Source of the DNA: an uncultured Gammaproteobacteria bacterium
GTDB lineage: Bacteria; Patescibacteriota; Microgenomatia; Levybacterales; GWA1-39-11
NCBI GenBank assembly: GCA_964450885.1
Contig: CAYVFE010000001.1
Location: 438,572-502,571, forward strand
DNA length: 64,000 nt
Reading direction: 5' to 3'
Each line of letters opens with the position of its first letter. Position 1 is the stretch's first letter. Made by a program: the position numbers and the translations under genes. Under the pieces are notes generated by a model, which had not been told where the DNA came from, did not search any database, and was given only the letters and a program-made list of their open reading frames with translations. This document shows positions 11,886 to 21,991 of this stretch, in pieces.

Positions 11886-12094
11886 GTATTCAAGATTTAT
11901 TTTTTATAGCAATTCTAGCTGTACTGTTGATTAAGCAAAGATACGAATGGCTGGTGGTAGCCGGGTTGGCCTGCGTAGTTATTTCGATCCCGCTATTTTA
12001 TTTTTGGATTTTCTTTACAGCGCAAAAATTGATATATTACTCGGCAGCATTTTTTTTAGTAGCAGCTATTCTATTTATAATAAAAAAACGGTAA
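11882..12094 (+). CDS. Small membrane protein (about 3 TM)
   Basis: 70 aa hydrophobic ORF, ATGA-coupled to the upstream gene. Confidence 0.7.
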   Translation: MSIQDLFFIAILAVLLIKQRYEWLVVAGLACVVISIPLFYFWIFFTAQKLIYYSAAFFLVAAILFIIKKR

Positions 12095-12102
12095 CATAAC
12101 GT

Positions 12103-12633
12103 ATGCGTATTGGAATTGATATCAGTCAACTTGCCTATCAAAATACAGGGGTAGCAAATTATCTCTACGGGTTGGTTTCCCATCTGGTAGATAGCGATGA
12201 TAAAAACGAATACGTGCTTTTTTTCTCCTCATTAAGGAGAAACGTGGATTTAAGAGAACTTAGTTCAAAGAAGAATGTATCTGTGAAGAAATTCAAAATG
12301 CCACCAAGTTTTATGAATTTAATGTGGAATACGATGCATATAATGCCTATAGAAAACTTCATTGGAGATATTGATCTTTTTATAACATCAGACTGGACAG
12401 AGCCGCCTACAAAAAAAGCTAAAAAGGCAACAATAATTTATGACCTAATCGTGTATAAGTATCCGAGTGAGACAAACGAAAAGATAATCTACACGCAAAA
12501 GAAAAAACTATCATGGGTGAAAAAAGAGTCAGATATTGTTTTTTGTATCTCAGAGTCAACAAAAAAAGATGCAGTAGAAATTTTAAAACTAGATAAGAAT
12601 AAAATAAGTGTAATTTATCCTGGAATTATATGA
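12103..12633 (+). CDS. Stand-alone GT4 N-terminal (acceptor) domain protein
   Basis: MRIGIDIS...TGVANY...TIIYDL...ISESTKKD...VIYPGI then stop at the inter-domain linker; no ExFG motif. Confidence 0.75.
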   Translation: MRIGIDISQLAYQNTGVANYLYGLVSHLVDSDDKNEYVLFFSSLRRNVDLRELSSKKNVSVKKFKMPPSFMNLMWNTMHIMPIENFIGDIDLFITSDWTEPPTKKAKKATIIYDLIVYKYPSETNEKIIYTQKKKLSWVKKESDIVFCISESTKKDAVEILKLDKNKISVIYPGII

Positions 12634-13751
12634 GAATTGGAATAAATGGATTTGAGGCTGTAGTTCCTCGATTCGGTTATGATCACAAAGGATTTCCTAA
12701 AAGAGTGGGGAGTTCTGAGTTTTGCTTTCAACTTTTAAATAGAATAAATAAAATAGATGAAAAAAATGACTATCTGATTTTTCTCCCTCAGAATCCAACA
12801 GCTGACTTACCTGAAGAGACAGATCGATGGAAGTATAAGGTTATTCCAAACAAAAGGCTCTGGACTATCTTTGGATTGACTCGTGAAATAATTAAGCCAC
12901 ATAATTTGGATGTATTTTTTTCTCCAACGCATTACGGTCCGTTATATGCTCCATGTCCTCAAATAATATCGATTTTGGACGTTTCTTATAAACACTTTCC
13001 CGAGATGTTTCCCAAAAAAGATCTCCTAAAATTGGCGCTATGGGGTAAGTATTCTATCAACAATGCGCAAAAGATAATAACAATTAGTGATAGTTCCAAG
13101 AATGATATAATGAACGAATACCATGTCTCAGCCGACAAGGTGGATGTTGTCCCTTTGGGCATAAAGGATGTAAAAGTCTCTAAGATGAATAAGAGCGATT
13201 TTATAAAAAAGTATGATTTAAAAAATCCCTATGTTCTTTTTGTGGGGACTCTCCAGCCTAGAAAAAACATCGAAAAACTTATTGAGGCATTTTCTTTGAT
13301 AAAAGATGAAAATATAGATTTGGTTATTGTTGGCAGACGGGGATGGGATTTCCAAAAGATTCTGGACGCACCTGAAAAATATGGGATTTTAGAAAGAGTC
13401 AAATTTTTGGAGAATGTAACAAATGAAGATTTGCCATTATTTTATAAACATGCTGAGCTTTTTGTATTGCCTAGCCTGTATGAGGGGTTTGGATTGCCAA
13501 TTCTTGAGGCGATGCAATATGATTGTCCAGTCATAACAAGTGATGTTTCATCTCTCCCCGAAGCAGGAGGAGATGCTGCGCTTTACTTTAATCCCAATGA
13601 TGCTAAAGATATTGCAGACCGGATAGAAAAAGTTTTAAATGATGAAAAGCTAAAAAAGCAGATGGTAGCCAAAGGACATGAACAGATTAAGAAATTTTCC
13701 TGGGATAAAAGCGCGAAAGAAGTTATAAAAATATTTGAATCAATAAAATGA
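12630..13751 (+). CDS. Glycosyltransferase family 4
   Basis: VGTLQPRKN, PSLYEGFGLPILEAM, FSW. Confidence 0.93.
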   Translation: MRIGINGFEAVVPRFGYDHKGFPKRVGSSEFCFQLLNRINKIDEKNDYLIFLPQNPTADLPEETDRWKYKVIPNKRLWTIFGLTREIIKPHNLDVFFSPTHYGPLYAPCPQIISILDVSYKHFPEMFPKKDLLKLALWGKYSINNAQKIITISDSSKNDIMNEYHVSADKVDVVPLGIKDVKVSKMNKSDFIKKYDLKNPYVLFVGTLQPRKNIEKLIEAFSLIKDENIDLVIVGRRGWDFQKILDAPEKYGILERVKFLENVTNEDLPLFYKHAELFVLPSLYEGFGLPILEAMQYDCPVITSDVSSLPEAGGDAALYFNPNDAKDIADRIEKVLNDEKLKKQMVAKGHEQIKKFSWDKSAKEVIKIFESIK

Positions 13752-14299
13752 ATAGAGCAGAAAGAAGAATATCAACAGTTCTGTTGGAGTTGGAAAACTT
13801 TATATTGAAAGTAGTCGGATGTGTCCCATCGCATTATGTGAGAAGATTTTTCTATAAATTGTTTGGAGCGAAAATAGGTAGTGGATCGACTCTGCATACA
13901 GGTGCTATTTTCTATAACATCAGTAATCTAAGAATCGGGGAAGATACAATAATCGGTGAAAATGTCGTTATAGATGGCAGAGATAAAATAACCATAGGAA
14001 ATCATGTAGATTTTGCATCGGAGGTTATGGTCTATAACGCGGAGCATGACATACACAGCGATAACTTTAAAGCTATAACGGCACCGGTTGAAATCGGGGA
14101 CTATGTTTTTATAGGTCCTAGAGCGATTATCCTGCCAGGAGTCAAAATCGGAAAGGGTGCAGTGGTTGCTGCGGGCGCTGTAGTCACTAAAAACGTAGGC
14201 GAATTTAAAATAGTGGGAGGAGTTCCTGCCAAGGAAATTGGAGAGAGGGAAAATACCGATCCTAAATATAGACTAGGTCGCGCTGCCTGGTTCAGATAA
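13748..14299 (+). CDS. Hexapeptide-repeat O-acyltransferase
   Basis: IGPRAIILPGVKIGKGAVVAAGAVVTK...GGVPAK. Confidence 0.9.
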   Translation: MNRAERRISTVLLELENFILKVVGCVPSHYVRRFFYKLFGAKIGSGSTLHTGAIFYNISNLRIGEDTIIGENVVIDGRDKITIGNHVDFASEVMVYNAEHDIHSDNFKAITAPVEIGDYVFIGPRAIILPGVKIGKGAVVAAGAVVTKNVGEFKIVGGVPAKEIGERENTDPKYRLGRAAWFR

Positions 14300-14307
14300 A
14301 TTTACTT

Positions 14308-15171
14308 ATGCCCAAAATTTCAATAGTTATTCTCACTTACAACTCCTCAAAATATATAGAAGAACTACTACAGGGTCTGTTGAAAAAATATTCTCAAGAG
14401 CTAAAGGATGATGAGCTGGAAATAGTAGTAGCCGATAACCTTTCGCATGATGACACCCTCGTAAAGGTAAATAAATTTAAAGAGAAAGTAAGACTAATTG
14501 AGAACAAGGGAAACGTTGGATTTGCCAAGGGGAATAATCTTGCTGCAAAAAAAGCACGTGGAGATTTTTTAATCTTCATAAATCCAGATGCGCGAATAAA
14601 ATCCGGAGACATATTTAAGTTGGCTTCCATATTTGACGACGAAAAGGTAGGGATTGTGGGAGGCGAAATTATTTCTTTTCAAGGGGAAAAAGAGTTATCT
14701 TGCGGTAGATTCTACAATCCATTTAATACTTTGGTGTTGGCTTTGGGTATTGAGGAAAAAATAGGACTTCGATTTTCTCCGAAGCAGGATAGAAACGTAG
14801 ACTTTGTGAGTGGAGGATTTTTAATGATAAGAAAAAATCTATTTGATAGGCTCAATGGGTTTGATGAAAATTATTTCATGTATCTGGAGGATGCAGATTT
14901 ATGCTTTCAAGCGCGCAAGAAAGGATTTAAGGCCAGATACAGTAAAATGGCAACAATACAACATGTTGGACAGGGTAGTTCAAATAGGACTTTTGCAGTA
15001 ATTAATATCTATAAAGGTCTTATGTACTTTAATAAGAAGAATTATGGGAAAATAGCCCACGCTTTTGTAAGGCTGGTACTGAGAGCGAAGGCTGCTTTTC
15101 TTGTATTGACGGGCAAAATGGTTAATAATAAATATTTGGTAGAGACTTACACAGAAGCGCTAAAGGTATGA
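14308..15171 (+). CDS. Glycosyltransferase family 2 (WbbL-like)
   Basis: NVGFAKGNN, FINPD, GFDENYFMYLEDADLC. Confidence 0.9.
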   Translation: MPKISIVILTYNSSKYIEELLQGLLKKYSQELKDDELEIVVADNLSHDDTLVKVNKFKEKVRLIENKGNVGFAKGNNLAAKKARGDFLIFINPDARIKSGDIFKLASIFDDEKVGIVGGEIISFQGEKELSCGRFYNPFNTLVLALGIEEKIGLRFSPKQDRNVDFVSGGFLMIRKNLFDRLNGFDENYFMYLEDADLCFQARKKGFKARYSKMATIQHVGQGSSNRTFAVINIYKGLMYFNKKNYGKIAHAFVRLVLRAKAAFLVLTGKMVNNKYLVETYTEALKV

Positions 15172-18100
15172 AGAAATTAATATCGTGGTTAGGAAACAAC
15201 TTGCTTTTTTTGAGCACACTATTCTTGCTCGTGTTTATTCCCCTGTATCCGAAGATTCCTTTAGTGGATATTCAAAATACCTGGGTATATGTGCGAGCCG
15301 AGGATTTTTTCGTATTTATAGTTCTTGGAATATGGGCCATTTTTTTGTTCAGAAAGAAAATAACACTCAAAACCCCGCTCACCATACCTATACTTACATT
15401 TTGGCTCGTGGGAGCAGTTGCGACCATACATGGAATAATACTTATATTCCCTAATATCGCCAATGTATTTCCTAATGTCTCGTTTTTGAGTTACCTACGG
15501 AATATCGAGTATCTAAGCGTCTTTTTTGTTGCATTTTCTGGAATTCGCGATAAGAAATTCTTAAAGATTGTAATCGTCTTTTTGATCGGTACGTTTTTGG
15601 CCGTTGTATTTTACGGATTCGGGCAGAGGTTTTTGAGCTTTCCAGCATTTCTTACTATGAATGAGGAATTCGCGAAAGGAATACCCATTCAGTTATCAGC
15701 CTTATCCAGGGTGCCATCGACTTTTGCTGGACATTACGATTTGGCTGCGTATCTAGTCTTAATAATCCCAATTATAGTTAGTCTAATTTTTGGTTTTAGG
15801 AATTGGTTTATGAAAGTGTTTCTAGTGGGGGCATCGATTTTGGGTTTTATTTTGCTTTTCATGACCGTGTCGCGTGTATCATTTGCCGTTTTGATAATCT
15901 CACTTCTCATAGTTCTATTTTTCCACAAAAGAAGACTTTTGTTGTATTCGATCCCCTTGTTTGCTTTGTTCGGTTTTGTCTTTTTGCTGTTAAAGCCTAC
16001 AACCCTCCTACAGAGATTTACAGATACAGTCAATGAAGTAAATGTGCTAGTTGATGCAAAGACTGGTGTCGCAATAGGCCACGTGCAGTACGTGGACCCT
16101 GAGTATTTTGATGATAAGATAATCGGTCAGCAAAATATTGAGGACAAAGATGAGCTAGATGGTGCACTCGAGGGCGAATTTGAGGATGACAATGAAGCAA
16201 CACCGTCTGCACTTCTTCCAGTCACTCTTTTTCCGGAAGAGGTCCCACTGGTTCTTGATGCGAATATTTCTACAGGTGAGGAGTTGGTTCAGGGAACTGG
16301 ATATATAAATCTTTCTCTTTCTCCAGTCGACAGGAAATTAGGGAGTTTTTTCTATGAGATAACAGAAGATCCCGACTCGACTGACTCTGCACAGGTCCTT
16401 ATTTTCCACGGGGATTTTATAGTGAAAAGAGCTGCTGCATATGACTTGTCGTTTACGACAAGATTTCAGGGTGGATGGCCAAATGCTATTGAGTCTTTCG
16501 AGAGAAATGTATTTTTAGGTAGCGGTTACGGAACAGTAAGTCTTGCTGTCGACAATAATTATTTGCGGATATTGGGAGAGATTGGGATATTTGGTCTTAT
16601 CTCTTTTGTAGGGATATTCTTGACTTTAGGTATATATATCGTAAAAGTGTTGCCAAAAACGAACTCAAAGCTTCTCAGGAGTTTTGTCATAGGATTTGGC
16701 GCAGGTGTTATAGGTCTTGCGCTTAATGCCACGTTGATCGATGTTTTTGCAGCATCGAAAGTAGCCTTCGTTTTGTGGGTTTTGACAGGTATCGTAGTGG
16801 GACTTCTTTCCTTATATCAAGAGGGAAATATAAACCTAGGTATAGAGTTGAAAAAAGCTGCTTCATCGCCATATGCGGTAGTCATCTATCTTTTAGTATT
16901 TAGCTTTCTGATCTACCTGCCAATTCTAAATAACTATTTTATCGGTGACGATTTTACATGGTTTCGATGGGCAGCCGATTGCAAATATGGTGGACTCAGC
17001 TCGTGTCCGGGTATGGTGCAGAGAATTATAGATTACTTTGTTCATTCTGATGGATTTTTCTATAGACCTGGCACTAAATCTTACTTTCTCTTGATGTATT
17101 CGGTCTTTTGGTTGAACCAGGTGGTTTTCCATATAGCTTCCATAGTCCTGCATTTTGTTGTGGCGGCATTGTTCTATCTACTTTCTAGGAAAGTGTTAAA
17201 AAGCAATGCGCTGGCGGTATTGGGGAGTATGCTTTTTATTATAATGAGCGGCTACGCAGAAATGGTTTTCTGGATTTCCGCCACGGGTCATCTATTCAAT
17301 GCTGCATTTATTCTAGCCTCATTATTGTTGTTTATTCTTTATGACGAGAAAAAGAAGACATACTTTTTACTAGCGTCTGTAGTCTCGATATTTATAGCAA
17401 CTCTTTTCCACGAGCTAGGAGTAGTAGCGCCATTGCTTATTATTGCTTATAAGATTTTTATCGCTCCAGGATTTAGTTTAAAAAAGATCATAAAAAGCTA
17501 CGAGTACTATTTGCTAATGTTTCCCGTTGCAATCTATCTATTGTTAAGATTTATGTCTCAAAGTCATTGGAGTGGGGGAGACTATAGTTATAATTTAGTA
17601 AATCTCCCATTCAATATAATAGGAAATTCATTCGGGTATGGGCTCTTAACGCTCTTTGGATCAGTCTCCCTTCCCTTCTATCAAACACTACGGGAAGGAC
17701 TAAGGCAGAATGTCCCGTTAGCTTTACTTGGGGGGACAGTTATTTTGGTAGCCATTTATTTTGGTTATAGATTTGCAGGTAAAAAAATTGAGAGAGATGG
17801 AAAAAGAGCAATTCTTTTTGGGGTTTCATTTTTCCTTATTTCATTACTTCCCTTCATAGGTCTTGGAAATATTACCTCAAGATATAGCTATCTAGCATCA
17901 TTGGGGATTATTATTGTTTTGGTCTATATACTATCGAAGCTATACAATAGCCTAAAACTATATGGGGTAGGTATTGCTTTAGGTGCTATGGGTGTTGTTA
18001 TATCTACTTTTGCTTTGCTTCACATAATCCAAGTGCAACAGCTTCACAAGGATTGGAAAACTGCAGGAAATAAAGTGGAAGAATTCATTATTTCGATGGA

Positions 18101-18404
18101 TTCTTTATATAGAAATACGTGGTCTAATCCCGATACTCAACTGCACTTTGTTAATGTCCCAATAAAACATAACGACGCCTGGGTATTTCCTGTTGGGATC
18201 CAGGATGCAATATGGCTTACTTTCCAGAATAATAATCTACAAGTCTATATCCATCCTAATCTGGAAGACGCATTGGATGCCGTTGCTCTTTCGTCGAACA
18301 AATTTATCCTTATGTTTGAAGATGATGGAGGCGTTAGGGAAATTGTGCGTTACAGAAATAGGATTACAGGTGAAATGGAGTATGATTCGGGGATAGATAA
18401 TTAG
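15168..18404 (+). CDS. Fusion of an O-antigen ligase (Wzy_C)-like domain and a GT-C/PMT-like domain
   Basis: N half: RVPSTFAGHYDLAAYL, TVSRVS, DNNYLRILGEIG (ligase-like); C half: NYFIGDDF, FYRP and about 10 TMs. Confidence 0.7.
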   Translation: MKKLISWLGNNLLFLSTLFLLVFIPLYPKIPLVDIQNTWVYVRAEDFFVFIVLGIWAIFLFRKKITLKTPLTIPILTFWLVGAVATIHGIILIFPNIANVFPNVSFLSYLRNIEYLSVFFVAFSGIRDKKFLKIVIVFLIGTFLAVVFYGFGQRFLSFPAFLTMNEEFAKGIPIQLSALSRVPSTFAGHYDLAAYLVLIIPIIVSLIFGFRNWFMKVFLVGASILGFILLFMTVSRVSFAVLIISLLIVLFFHKRRLLLYSIPLFALFGFVFLLLKPTTLLQRFTDTVNEVNVLVDAKTGVAIGHVQYVDPEYFDDKIIGQQNIEDKDELDGALEGEFEDDNEATPSALLPVTLFPEEVPLVLDANISTGEELVQGTGYINLSLSPVDRKLGSFFYEITEDPDSTDSAQVLIFHGDFIVKRAAAYDLSFTTRFQGGWPNAIESFERNVFLGSGYGTVSLAVDNNYLRILGEIGIFGLISFVGIFLTLGIYIVKVLPKTNSKLLRSFVIGFGAGVIGLALNATLIDVFAASKVAFVLWVLTGIVVGLLSLYQEGNINLGIELKKAASSPYAVVIYLLVFSFLIYLPILNNYFIGDDFTWFRWAADCKYGGLSSCPGMVQRIIDYFVHSDGFFYRPGTKSYFLLMYSVFWLNQVVFHIASIVLHFVVAALFYLLSRKVLKSNALAVLGSMLFIIMSGYAEMVFWISATGHLFNAAFILASLLLFILYDEKKKTYFLLASVVSIFIATLFHELGVVAPLLIIAYKIFIAPGFSLKKIIKSYEYYLLMFPVAIYLLLRFMSQSHWSGGDYSYNLVNLPFNIIGNSFGYGLLTLFGSVSLPFYQTLREGLRQNVPLALLGGTVILVAIYFGYRFAGKKIERDGKRAILFGVSFFLISLLPFIGLGNITSRYSYLASLGIIIVLVYILSKLYNSLKLYGVGIALGAMGVVISTFALLHIIQVQQLHKDWKTAGNKVEEFIISMDSLYRNTWSNPDTQLHFVNVPIKHNDAWVFPVGIQDAIWLTFQNNNLQVYIHPNLEDALDAVALSSNKFILMFEDDGGVREIVRYRNRITGEMEYDSGIDN

Positions 18405-18466
18405 ACAATAATCTTCTGACAAATTGATAATATATATCGCTTAGATTAAAATTATAACTATAATTC

Positions 18467-19903
18467 ATGAATAGAGTCGGTCTACTAATCTTATTTTTAC
18501 TTTTGGCTTTGGGTTTTTTTGTTCGCCTCTATAAATTTTCCGAACCAATAGCAGATTGGCATTCTTTCAGGCAATCAGACACCGCCGCTGTATCACAAAT
18601 ATTTGCAAAGGAGGGGTACGATCTTTTGTATCCTAAGTATTATGACATCTCCAATGTTCAATCAGGCCTGGACAATCCAAGGGGATATAGATTTGTAGAA
18701 TTTCCTATTTATAACCTGCTGCACGCCTTTATGGCCGAGTCCATAGGCGGATTGTCATTTACGCAGTGGGGTAGAATGCTAAATATCGTAGCGTCTCTTA
18801 TTACGGCAGTTGTAGTATTTGCTTTACTCAAAAAGTATGCAAATAATTTTGCTGCATATTCGGGATTGGTAGCGTTTCTTTTTTTGCCTTACTCTATCTT
18901 TTATAGCAGGGTTATATTACCGGATGTAATGATGACAACATCCTTGATGCTGGGGATATATTTTTTCGATAAGTTTTTGTCTTATAAAAAAATGACAAAA
19001 AAAACCTTCATCTTCTATGCTTTGTCTTTGTTGTTCATAAGCTCTTCTTTTCTATTAAAGCCTTTCTCCCTATTTTTTATTTTACCGATCATATATTTAG
19101 CATATAAAAAGTTCGGCACGAAAATGTTTCTTAAATGGTATCTATATCTATTTGCCATAGTATCTGTCGTGCCATTATATCTGTGGAGAAGTTGGATAGT
19201 GCAGTTCCCAGAAGGAATCCCTGTTTCTGACTGGTTATTTAATGGAAATGGGATCCGCTTTCGCCCATCATTTTTCAGATGGATATTTTTTGAAAGAGTC
19301 ACAAAATTGATACTGGGATACTTTGGTGCGTTTGCTATTGCGGCAAGCGTATTCTCATATAAAGATAAAAATATTTTATTTTTTGTCTCCTTTGCTTTTT
19401 CTTCGCTCTTGTATCTTTTTGTAATAGCCACAGGAAATGTACAGCATGATTACTATCAAATATTAATAATTCCGACGGTGGTGATGTTTGTCGGAATAGG
19501 AATGAGCAAAATTTATGAAATTGCTACAAAGAAATTTAATCGCGTTGCTGGGTGTTTATTGGTAGTAATAGTATTTGTATTATCTTTTTATTTTTCGTGG
19601 ATTCAGGTTAAAGACTACTTCAACATAAACGATAGAGGAATGGTCGAGGCTGCAGAAAAAGCAAATGAGATCTTGCCTAAAGATGCGTTAATCATTGCTC
19701 CATATGATGGGAGTACAACATTTTTAAACCTGATCCAAAGACGTGGGTGGCCTGTTTTCCAGCAACCCATAGAGGAGTTAATTGATAAAGGTGCTCAATA
19801 TATGGTTATAGCAAACCCTACAGAAAATGATTTTACTGGATTTGGCACAGAATACGATGTGATTGATTCTTCAAATACTTATTTAATCCTCAAACTCAAA
19901 TGA
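18467..19903 (+). CDS. ArnT/PMT-family GT-C glycosyltransferase
   Basis: RLY...DWHSFRQSDTA, EFPIY, YSRVILPD, HDYYQ; many TMs. Confidence 0.8.
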   Translation: MNRVGLLILFLLLALGFFVRLYKFSEPIADWHSFRQSDTAAVSQIFAKEGYDLLYPKYYDISNVQSGLDNPRGYRFVEFPIYNLLHAFMAESIGGLSFTQWGRMLNIVASLITAVVVFALLKKYANNFAAYSGLVAFLFLPYSIFYSRVILPDVMMTTSLMLGIYFFDKFLSYKKMTKKTFIFYALSLLFISSSFLLKPFSLFFILPIIYLAYKKFGTKMFLKWYLYLFAIVSVVPLYLWRSWIVQFPEGIPVSDWLFNGNGIRFRPSFFRWIFFERVTKLILGYFGAFAIAASVFSYKDKNILFFVSFAFSSLLYLFVIATGNVQHDYYQILIIPTVVMFVGIGMSKIYEIATKKFNRVAGCLLVVIVFVLSFYFSWIQVKDYFNINDRGMVEAAEKANEILPKDALIIAPYDGSTTFLNLIQRRGWPVFQQPIEELIDKGAQYMVIANPTENDFTGFGTEYDVIDSSNTYLILKLK

Positions 19904-21084
19904 TAAAAGTACTTTTTGTTACATATGATTTTCCATATCCGCTTACATCTGGAGGAAAAAATCGTGCCTACAATATGATGAAATTTGCAAAAAGTAGCAG
20001 TGTGTCTATAGATCTACTTTCATTTGTGAGAGAGGGATTTGATCCAAAAGATATCGATAGAATCAGGAAGATAGGAGTGAGTGATATTCAAGTCTATAAG
20101 CGTAGAAAATTAAAATCCGCGCTAACTCTTAGTAAAAATATGTTTTCTGCTGGGTCTATATTTAAGACATTATATTATGATAAGGATTTTGAAAAACTGC
20201 TTATCGAAATTATCAAAAAAAACAATATCGATATAGTACACTTTGAATCGAGCTATGTGGGATATTATATTTCAGATAAGCTAAGAAGAATGGGGGTAAA
20301 GCAAATCTTAGGGACAGAAAATATAGAGCATCTTTTATATAAAGAATTTTTGGATAATTCAAAAAACATCCTTAAAAAATCAGCCCTTTCTTACCAGGTG
20401 AATAGATTTAAGAAGGAGGAGCATGACATGATGGAAAAAGCCGATATATGTATTGCGGTAACAAAGAATGAAGCGGACTATATATCAGAAGTAACTGGTA
20501 AAAAAAGCTACCTAGTGGAAAATGCTATTAGTGTAAAGGATTTAAAGTTCAAGTTTGAAGATAATGTGAAACATAATATTCTGTTTGTTGGTAACTTTGC
20601 CTACATGCCTAATATCCAGGCTATAAATTATTTTGTAGGCAAGGTGTTACCACTTTTGGATCACAAGATTACATTGACAATAGTAGGAAAGAGGGTTAGG
20701 GAAATCGTGCCTGACTCTAGGCAAATTATTGCGCTTGAATATGTTGATGATTTGATTGAAGAATATAGAAAAGCAGATCTGATGGTGTTTCCTATAAAAA
20801 TCGGTGGTGGGACAAATTATAAAGTTTTGGAGGCAATGGCACTGGGGATACCGGTCGTAGCTTTTCCCGACAAGGTTAATAGTATTGGAGCTAAAGAGAA
20901 TATCGATTATTTCAAAGTAGTCAATGAGTCGGAGTTTGCTGAGAAAATTGAATTGATAATGAAAAATAAGACTATAGCAACTAAAATAGTAGAAAGCGCA
21001 AGAAGATTAGTTGAAGAAAATTATTCTTGGGAAGTAGTTGGTTTGAAACTTTCTAAAGTATGGAAGGACCTAGCAAATGGCTAA
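19900..21084 (+). CDS. Glycosyltransferase family 4
   Basis: PYPLTSGG, FVGNFAYMPN, GGGTNYKVLEAMALG. Confidence 0.9.
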   Translation: MIKVLFVTYDFPYPLTSGGKNRAYNMMKFAKSSSVSIDLLSFVREGFDPKDIDRIRKIGVSDIQVYKRRKLKSALTLSKNMFSAGSIFKTLYYDKDFEKLLIEIIKKNNIDIVHFESSYVGYYISDKLRRMGVKQILGTENIEHLLYKEFLDNSKNILKKSALSYQVNRFKKEEHDMMEKADICIAVTKNEADYISEVTGKKSYLVENAISVKDLKFKFEDNVKHNILFVGNFAYMPNIQAINYFVGKVLPLLDHKITLTIVGKRVREIVPDSRQIIALEYVDDLIEEYRKADLMVFPIKIGGGTNYKVLEAMALGIPVVAFPDKVNSIGAKENIDYFKVVNESEFAEKIELIMKNKTIATKIVESARRLVEENYSWEVVGLKLSKVWKDLANG

Positions 21085-21991
21085 AATAGATTTATCGATA
21101 ATTATCGTAACTTACAAATCTGAGACCTTGATTGAAAAATGTTTGGACTCTATTTATAGTACTGTGGGAAATTTAACCTTCGAGGTAATAATTTCCGACA
21201 ATAGTCCAGATACAAATACGAAAAATGTCATCAGTAAGATAAAAAACAAATACAAAAATCTCATCTTTATAAAAAACGAAAAGAACGAAGGATTTTCCAA
21301 AGGGAATAACATAGCAGTCAAAAAGGCAAGTGGACGGTATGTTCTTTTCCTAAATCCAGATATGGTCCTTGCGAATAAGACGCTTGATGGAATGTATGAA
21401 TTTTTGCAGGAAAGTCCAAACGTTGGAGCAGCTACATGTAGGGTTGATTTACTTGATGGTAGATTAGATGATTCATGTCATAGAGGATTTCCAACTCCCT
21501 GGAGGGCCTTTTGTCATTTTTCTAAATTAGCTAAGCTTTTTCCTAAAAGTAGACTTTTTTCAGGCTATAATTTAACTTATATGGATTTTTCGAAAACTCA
21601 TGAGATAGATGCTCTTGCTGGGTCGTTTATGATTATGCCATTTGAGCTGGGGAAAAAATTGAATTGGTGGGATGAGGACTATTTCTTTTATGGAGAGGAT
21701 ATAGACTTTTGCTATCGAATAAAAAAATCTGGTATGAAAATCTATTTTGTTCCTAAGTATAAAGCCCTTCATTATAAAGGGGTTTCAAGTGGAATTAAAA
21801 AAATTTCAAAAGAATTCTCTACTGCAAATAGGGAAACCAGAAAATGGGTGACGGAGCAAAGATTTAAGGCAATGCAGATTTTTTACGATAAGCATTACAA
21901 AGATAAATATCCTTATTTTGTAAGGAATATTGTTCTTTTGGGTATAAAAGTGAGATTTAACTTAGCAAAAATAAGCAACAGATTAAACTAA
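21077..21991 (+). CDS. Glycosyltransferase family 2 (WbbL-like)
   Basis: NEGFSKGNN, FLNPD, DEDYFFYGEDIDFC. Confidence 0.9.
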   Translation: MAKIDLSIIIVTYKSETLIEKCLDSIYSTVGNLTFEVIISDNSPDTNTKNVISKIKNKYKNLIFIKNEKNEGFSKGNNIAVKKASGRYVLFLNPDMVLANKTLDGMYEFLQESPNVGAATCRVDLLDGRLDDSCHRGFPTPWRAFCHFSKLAKLFPKSRLFSGYNLTYMDFSKTHEIDALAGSFMIMPFELGKKLNWWDEDYFFYGEDIDFCYRIKKSGMKIYFVPKYKALHYKGVSSGIKKISKEFSTANRETRKWVTEQRFKAMQIFYDKHYKDKYPYFVRNIVLLGIKVRFNLAKISNRLN

